This document shows positions 15,911-20,000 of a stretch of DNA of 20,000 nt, piece after piece. Source of the stretch: an uncultured virus (IMG/VR IMGVR_UViG_3300037790_000020) (lineage: Duplodnaviria > Heunggongvirae > Uroviricota > Caudoviricetes); IMG/VR virus record IMGVR_UViG_3300037790_000020. One strand, given 5' to 3'. The notes beneath the pieces were generated by a model. That model was not told the DNA's origin, did no database searches, and worked only from the letters and a program-made list of their open reading frames with translations. Within the stretch, counting starts at the first letter, position 1. The number at the start of each line of letters is the position of its first letter. Made by a program: the position numbers and the translations under genes.

Positions 15911-16442
15911 TATTCTCTCTTTCCTCTTTCCGTCTATTTATAGTGGCTTTTGGCCCACCATTTACTTCTTGAATCTGATTTTGTAAATCAGCTAGTAAAC
16001 TTTCATCATAATCATAGTATGGATTAATATCTCGGATATCGTCAACTGTATATAATAACGATTCATCTGGCATTAAATAGAATTTACGACCCCCATGAAT
16101 AATCGTCTGAGAAAAGGAAGCTCTAGAGAATACTGCGTAATCACCTGCCTCACACCAAGGGATAAATTCATTTGTTTCGGGATTTTTAAATTTATTATGC
16201 TTATAGGCTAAATCGCCTAATTTTACTACTACCCCTGCGGTAATCATATTTTCATGGGTTTCTGCTACATCTTCAGGTAATTCAAGGGTAAAACCTGTAT
16301 TTGCATCCTTAATAGTAGGTTTAAGGGCAATTGGGTATACTAGAATATACCATGAACCCTTTAGATTTGGCAAGCTCTTAGGTAGTTTAAGTTCTTCATT
16401 ATCAAAAGTCATTAAATCATCTAATTTTTGTATATGTGTCAT
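15897..16442 (-). CDS. groES: Divergent, extended GroES-like co-chaperonin
   Basis: YILVYP, loop TGFTLELPE, GVVVKLGDLAY, WCEAGDYAVF, GRKFYLMPDESLLYTVDD follow the Cpn10 pattern (ILV..GGIxLP..GxVVAVG..GDxVxF..YLIxxExDILAV); 181 aa with N- and C-terminal extensions. Confidence 0.75.
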   Translation of the reverse strand: MTHIQKLDDLMTFDNEELKLPKSLPNLKGSWYILVYPIALKPTIKDANTGFTLELPEDVAETHENMITAGVVVKLGDLAYKHNKFKNPETNEFIPWCEAGDYAVFSRASFSQTIIHGGRKFYLMPDESLLYTVDDIRDINPYYDYDESLLADLQNQIQEVNGGPKATINRRKEERENNAQR

Positions 16443-16867
16443 TATTTATTCTCCTTTAAACTAATCACTGGTGCTACGCATCCCTCTGCTTTTTCAGGTA
16501 GATTACAATTACCTATTAACCTAACCCTAAACCCCACTTTTCTAATACCAGTTAATTCGTCATTCTCTATTAAATATACAGGTAACATACGTAAAACCAA
16601 AGTGGAATTTTCTTCAATAGACTTCACCCAATAATCTAATAACTCTAAAGAAAATTCTCTACACTTTCTGTCTACATCTTCCTCAGTAAAAAGTTTATCC
16701 TCTATCGCTTCTATAGTACAGTTTTCTGGTATACCATAAAAAGCGTAAGTAACATAAGCTCCAAAAGATGTATCATAAGAAAATGGTTCACCAAAAATTA
16801 CATTTACCTTTTTATTTTGTAGCGTCCGCAAGGCTTTAAATATATCTTCGTTTGAATACTGTAGCAT
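16442..16867 (-). CDS. Hypothetical protein between groEL and groES
   Basis: 141-aa ORF with TAATG overlaps at both ends (16867 and 16442) and AAGGA upstream; no family recognised. Confidence 0.65.
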   Translation of the reverse strand: MLQYSNEDIFKALRTLQNKKVNVIFGEPFSYDTSFGAYVTYAFYGIPENCTIEAIEDKLFTEEDVDRKCREFSLELLDYWVKSIEENSTLVLRMLPVYLIENDELTGIRKVGFRVRLIGNCNLPEKAEGCVAPVISLKENK

Positions 16868-18513
16868 TATTCAAGTCCTTTTTCAGTATTGACAATACTT
16901 ACTTCTGTCGTAATTAAGAGGCCAACCACATTAGCAGCATCTTTTAAAGCGTTTTTAACAACTTTTGCAGGGTCAATAACCCCTTGCTTAATAAGATTAC
17001 AGAACTCGTTTTTATCTACATCAAAGCCTTCATCTTTCGTTTTTAGTACTTGTAACATGATAGATTTGGCTTCTTCCTCATCTACACCTGCATTTGCAAG
17101 AATTGTATAGAAGGGGGATTGCAGCGCTTTAATAATTAAATCTGCCCCTTTTGAAGTTCCTGAATTTCGAGATAAATACTCAGATACTCTAAGAAGCATG
17201 GTACCACCACCAGCAACAATTCCCTCTTCTACTGCGGCTTTAGTAGCATTAATAGCATCTTCAATGCGGTCTTTACGTTCACCAATATCAATTTCAGAAG
17301 AACCACCTACTCGAATAACGGCAATACCACCACTGAGTTTAGCCAATCTACCTTCTAAAAGCGTATATTTGGAATCTGTTTTCTTAGTCTCCTCGACCAA
17401 AGACTTTAGGTGAGCAATACGGGTTTCTAATTTTTCAGCATCTTTATCACCATCAATAAATTCAGATAATTCTTGACCTACTCGAACACGTTTACAATAA
17501 CCTAAATGTTCCTGTGTAACACTACCAATACCTAAGCCACTTTCTGCGTTAATAACAATTCCACCAGTCACAATTGCTAAGTCTTCCATCATATCTGCTC
17601 TAGAAGGGAGGAAATCAGGCAATTTAAGAACTGCAATTTTTAATCCATTTCGAACTTTATTCAAAACAAGAGTAGAAAGAACATCACTTGCTATATCAGG
17701 ACAAATAACAATAAGAGCTTTTCCGGCTTCATGGCATAGATTAACTACAGGAAGAATTTCTTTAATATCATTAATCTTTGCATCATAAAATAAAATATTA
17801 CAGTCAGTTAAATCAGCAATACCTTTATCTGGATGCGTAATAAAATGGTTAGAAGCGAAACCCGCAGGAAACTCCATACCCTCAACAATATCTAAAGTCA
17901 TTTCATCTAGAGGTGCGGGTTCTACAGAAATAATACCGTGAGGGCCAACTTCTTCAACAGCCTTAGAAACGATATTACCTACTTCTGTATCGCCATTAGC
18001 TGAAATAGTAGCGATATTTTTTAGGCTTTCAGTATCTTTAACATCTATTGCATTTAAAGAAATATACTCGATAGCTTCTTTAACCGTTTCATCCATTTCA
18101 CGTTTTAACGTAACAGGATTAATACCATTATTAATACATTGCATGGCATCTCTAGCAATAGCTTGAGCTAAAACAGTTGCAGTTGTTGTACCATCTCCTG
18201 CCATCTCATTTTGACGAGTAGCAACTTCTTTTACAATCTGTACACCTAGATTTTGGAATTTATCATCTACATTTATTTCTTTAGCAACAGAAACACCGTC
18301 TTTTGTAATACGGGGCATTAATCCTACATAGTTTTGCATTAAACCAGTAGTTTTAGATTGTTCAATAACTACATTGCGGCCCCTAGGACCAAGGGTTGCT
18401 TTAACAGCGTTAGCAATTAAGTCAACACCTTTCATAATTTCTTCTCGGGATTCACTCCCAAATTTTAATTCTTTATTTTTAGTTGGTGATTCGGGTTGGC
18501 GTAGCTCGTTCAT
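16867..18513 (-). CDS. groEL: Group I chaperonin GroEL (548 aa)
   Basis: TLGPRGRNVVI, ITKDGVSVAKEI, AGDGTTTATVLA, ISANGD, RLAKLSGGIAVIRVG, KDRIEDA, AAVEEGIVAGGG, GVIDPAKV. Start set at ATG 18513 (MNELRQ), which has AAAGG upstream; the track start at 18540 is a TTG. Confidence 0.97.
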   Translation of the reverse strand: MNELRQPESPTKNKELKFGSESREEIMKGVDLIANAVKATLGPRGRNVVIEQSKTTGLMQNYVGLMPRITKDGVSVAKEINVDDKFQNLGVQIVKEVATRQNEMAGDGTTTATVLAQAIARDAMQCINNGINPVTLKREMDETVKEAIEYISLNAIDVKDTESLKNIATISANGDTEVGNIVSKAVEEVGPHGIISVEPAPLDEMTLDIVEGMEFPAGFASNHFITHPDKGIADLTDCNILFYDAKINDIKEILPVVNLCHEAGKALIVICPDIASDVLSTLVLNKVRNGLKIAVLKLPDFLPSRADMMEDLAIVTGGIVINAESGLGIGSVTQEHLGYCKRVRVGQELSEFIDGDKDAEKLETRIAHLKSLVEETKKTDSKYTLLEGRLAKLSGGIAVIRVGGSSEIDIGERKDRIEDAINATKAAVEEGIVAGGGTMLLRVSEYLSRNSGTSKGADLIIKALQSPFYTILANAGVDEEEAKSIMLQVLKTKDEGFDVDKNEFCNLIKQGVIDPAKVVKNALKDAANVVGLLITTEVSIVNTEKGLE

Positions 18514-18739
18514 CTCCGTTACCTTTCGTTTGTTCCTCAATAATATCTTTTAATTCATCTACAACTTCATCTAATTGATAAATACGGGCAGCACAAATAC
18601 CAGCATCATGATGATGGTTATCAATTAGATTTTGAGTCATTTGCCCTTGCAAAAAACTTTTTGTATCTTGTATGTATTTCATTAAATCACTGATAATAGA
18701 ATCATCATCAGCACGTATAACTATCTGTCCATCAGACAT
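18479..18739 (-). CDS. Small helical protein downstream of portal
   Basis: 86 aa, GAGG RBS, predicted two-helix protein in the usual post-portal position; 3' end overlaps the groEL start by 35 nt. Confidence 0.6.
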   Translation of the reverse strand: MSDGQIVIRADDDSIISDLMKYIQDTKSFLQGQMTQNLIDNHHHDAGICAARIYQLDEVVDELKDIIEEQTKGNGDERATPTRITN

Positions 18740-18785
18740 TGTTTCCTCACATTATTTTCCATATATGCCAATCAATATATATGAA

Positions 18786-20000
18786 TTATTTCGTTTTGTC
18801 AACTGGTCCGACATTATTAGGCATATTTAGGTCCTCAAGGGCTTTTTGTATCATTCCAGAACCAGCTTGGAACCTAGCCTTGGCAAAATCTGCCCTAATT
18901 TTATCAGAAGCTTCAGCAGAATCCTGTAAAAGCTCTGCCGCTTTAAGATTCAGTTTTCTATCTTCTAAAGCCAGTTTACCAGTATCGATTTCTTTCTTAT
19001 GAGCAAGTTCCTCTTTACGTGTAGCCGCGTTTTCTAATTCACTTTGAGCTAACATAGCAGCGGGGTCTTTAGAAGCTAATGCCTCTTCAAAGGCAATTTC
19101 TTCATGGAAACGCTGTATCTGTAGAGCGGCATCTGCCATTGCTTTTTCACTTTGAGGATTAGCTCCATTAAGCTTCAGTTGAGCTCCTAAATCACGAACA
19201 TAAAGCAGCATTGCATGTTCTGCAATATTGGCCTGTAAAAGGGGAATAATATTTGCAGCTAATTCTTGCCCACCACCCTTAGGGTCTTGTAAGAAAGCTT
19301 GTTTAAAGGCAATATGGGCTTCGTGGTCTTGACCCTCAAATGCTCTAATTGGTTTACCTTGAGAAAGAGTAACAATATCGGATAATGGGTCAAGAGGTAC
19401 AGCTTCTTGTGGAGAAGGTAGTAATCTTTCAATCTCCTCTGGTTCCATCCCAATTTGGGAATAAAACTCAGTATATGCAGCACGTAGGTCATGAAAATCT
19501 GGAGCTTGTTGTGCAGCAGCTAATTTTGTTTGAGCAATAGCAATTCTATGTGCAGAAGAAGAAAGATTGGGGTCGGCAGCAGGCATAATATCAACTTTGC
19601 CACTAAAGTCTTCTCTCCGAACAGAGAACATCTCTCCTTTTAGGAAAAAGTCTTGTGTTTCATCTAAAACATCATAGTTCAAATCATGTAGAATTTCAAA
19701 TTCAGCTTTTAAACTATTATAAAATCTTTTTAGAATACCTGAAGTAAATTTAGTAGATGCTTCTAGAAGGGCAACAGTTGTACCAACTGGCCCATAATTT
19801 GTGGAATCCGCAATGACCTGCTCTGTCGAGTCTGCGAACTTCTGAGCACGGCCATCTAAGAACTGAACTATTCTTTCCAAGACTTGGCTCGGTTCTTTGA
19901 AATCCAAAGGCATTAGAACATCTTTAATATTTTTCGTACCAGTATCAATCTCTCTAAACTCACCAAAACGAATAGGCATTTGCGAGTCCCGAGTAAATCG
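18786..20000 (-). CDS. Portal protein, C-terminal part (5' truncated by window)
   Basis: Frame stays open beyond 19979 to the edge (RFTRDSQMPIRFGEFRE); GEFREID, LMPLDFKEPS, PVGTTVALLE, PAADPN, AFEGQDHEAHI motifs of this portal family. Confidence 0.85.
   Translation of the reverse strand, partial: RFTRDSQMPIRFGEFREIDTGTKNIKDVLMPLDFKEPSQVLERIVQFLDGRAQKFADSTEQVIADSTNYGPVGTTVALLEASTKFTSGILKRFYNSLKAEFEILHDLNYDVLDETQDFFLKGEMFSVRREDFSGKVDIMPAADPNLSSSAHRIAIAQTKLAAAQQAPDFHDLRAAYTEFYSQIGMEPEEIERLLPSPQEAVPLDPLSDIVTLSQGKPIRAFEGQDHEAHIAFKQAFLQDPKGGGQELAANIIPLLQANIAEHAMLLYVRDLGAQLKLNGANPQSEKAMADAALQIQRFHEEIAFEEALASKDPAAMLAQSELENAATRKEELAHKKEIDTGKLALEDRKLNLKAAELLQDSAEASDKIRADFAKARFQAGSGMIQKALEDLNMPNNVGPVDKTK

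Noticed and set aside
16867..18513. groEL as host chromosomal DNA or a prophage boundary
   Set aside because: It overlaps phage genes on both sides, lacks the GGM tail and the groES-groEL order, is divergent, and matches flanking base composition.
18514..18540. Track starts at 18540 (also 8081, 10138 and 19979)
   Set aside because: Downstream ATGs at 18513, 8051 and 10108 fit RBS or stop-start coupling better; the portal frame is open past 19979, so that ATG is internal.
18758..18785. AT-rich inverted/direct repeat (CATATATG...ATATATG) between portal and the 86-aa gene
   Set aside because: Low-complexity AT stem without a U-tract; could be an operator but cannot be distinguished from chance.
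3199..19002. Plus-strand ORFs in the track (e.g. 3199-3600, 6338-6592, 6611-6847, 6813-6998, 9309-9620, 11447-11704, 11761-12003, 12678-13085, 13622-13978, 15119-15328, 15586-15816, 16428-16634, 16889-17110, 17198-17413, 18739-19002)
   Set aside because: Antisense shadows of well-supported minus-strand genes, with no recognisable motifs or independent support.
11022..19492. Nested minus-strand alternate-frame ORFs (11022-11231, 15460-15699, 19259-19492)
   Set aside because: Short, fully inside larger genes, with composition typical of off-frame translation; no evidence for overprinting.
1..20000. Possible stop-codon reassignment (nearly all genes end in TAA)
   Set aside because: No gene appears interrupted by TAG or TGA, coding density is already near complete under the standard code, and TAG ends the GNAT gene; TAA bias fits low GC.

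Overview
AT-rich tailed-phage (podovirus-like) virion morphogenesis region, with every credible gene on the minus strand and tightly packed (several TAATG stop/start overlaps). In transcription order (high to low coordinates): portal (5' truncated), small ORF, full-length GroEL, unknown ORF, divergent GroES, scaffold, conserved head protein, capsid cement, major capsid protein, terminator, a two-gene cassette (small beta protein plus a GC-shifted 7-repeat beta-propeller), adaptor 1, small tail protein, long fibre plus assembly chaperone, adaptor 2, second fibre, nozzle, needle-like protein, a stand-alone tape-measure-C-terminal-like domain, GNAT, an 826-aa ejection protein with an internal Ser/Lys self-cleaving chaperone domain, and the start of the next ejection protein. 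Most notable: (1) a groEL-orfX-groES cassette translationally coupled into the head operon, whose GroEL has changed the canonical inter-ring and allosteric residues (single-ring candidate); (2) a probable self-processing ejection polyprotein with xxxGGPV motifs that may pair with the separately encoded domain; (3) an RBS-sequestering RNA hairpin upstream of the capsid genes; (4) three TGnTATAATA promoters dividing the operon. All assignments come from motif recognition and gene order by eye; no searches were run.
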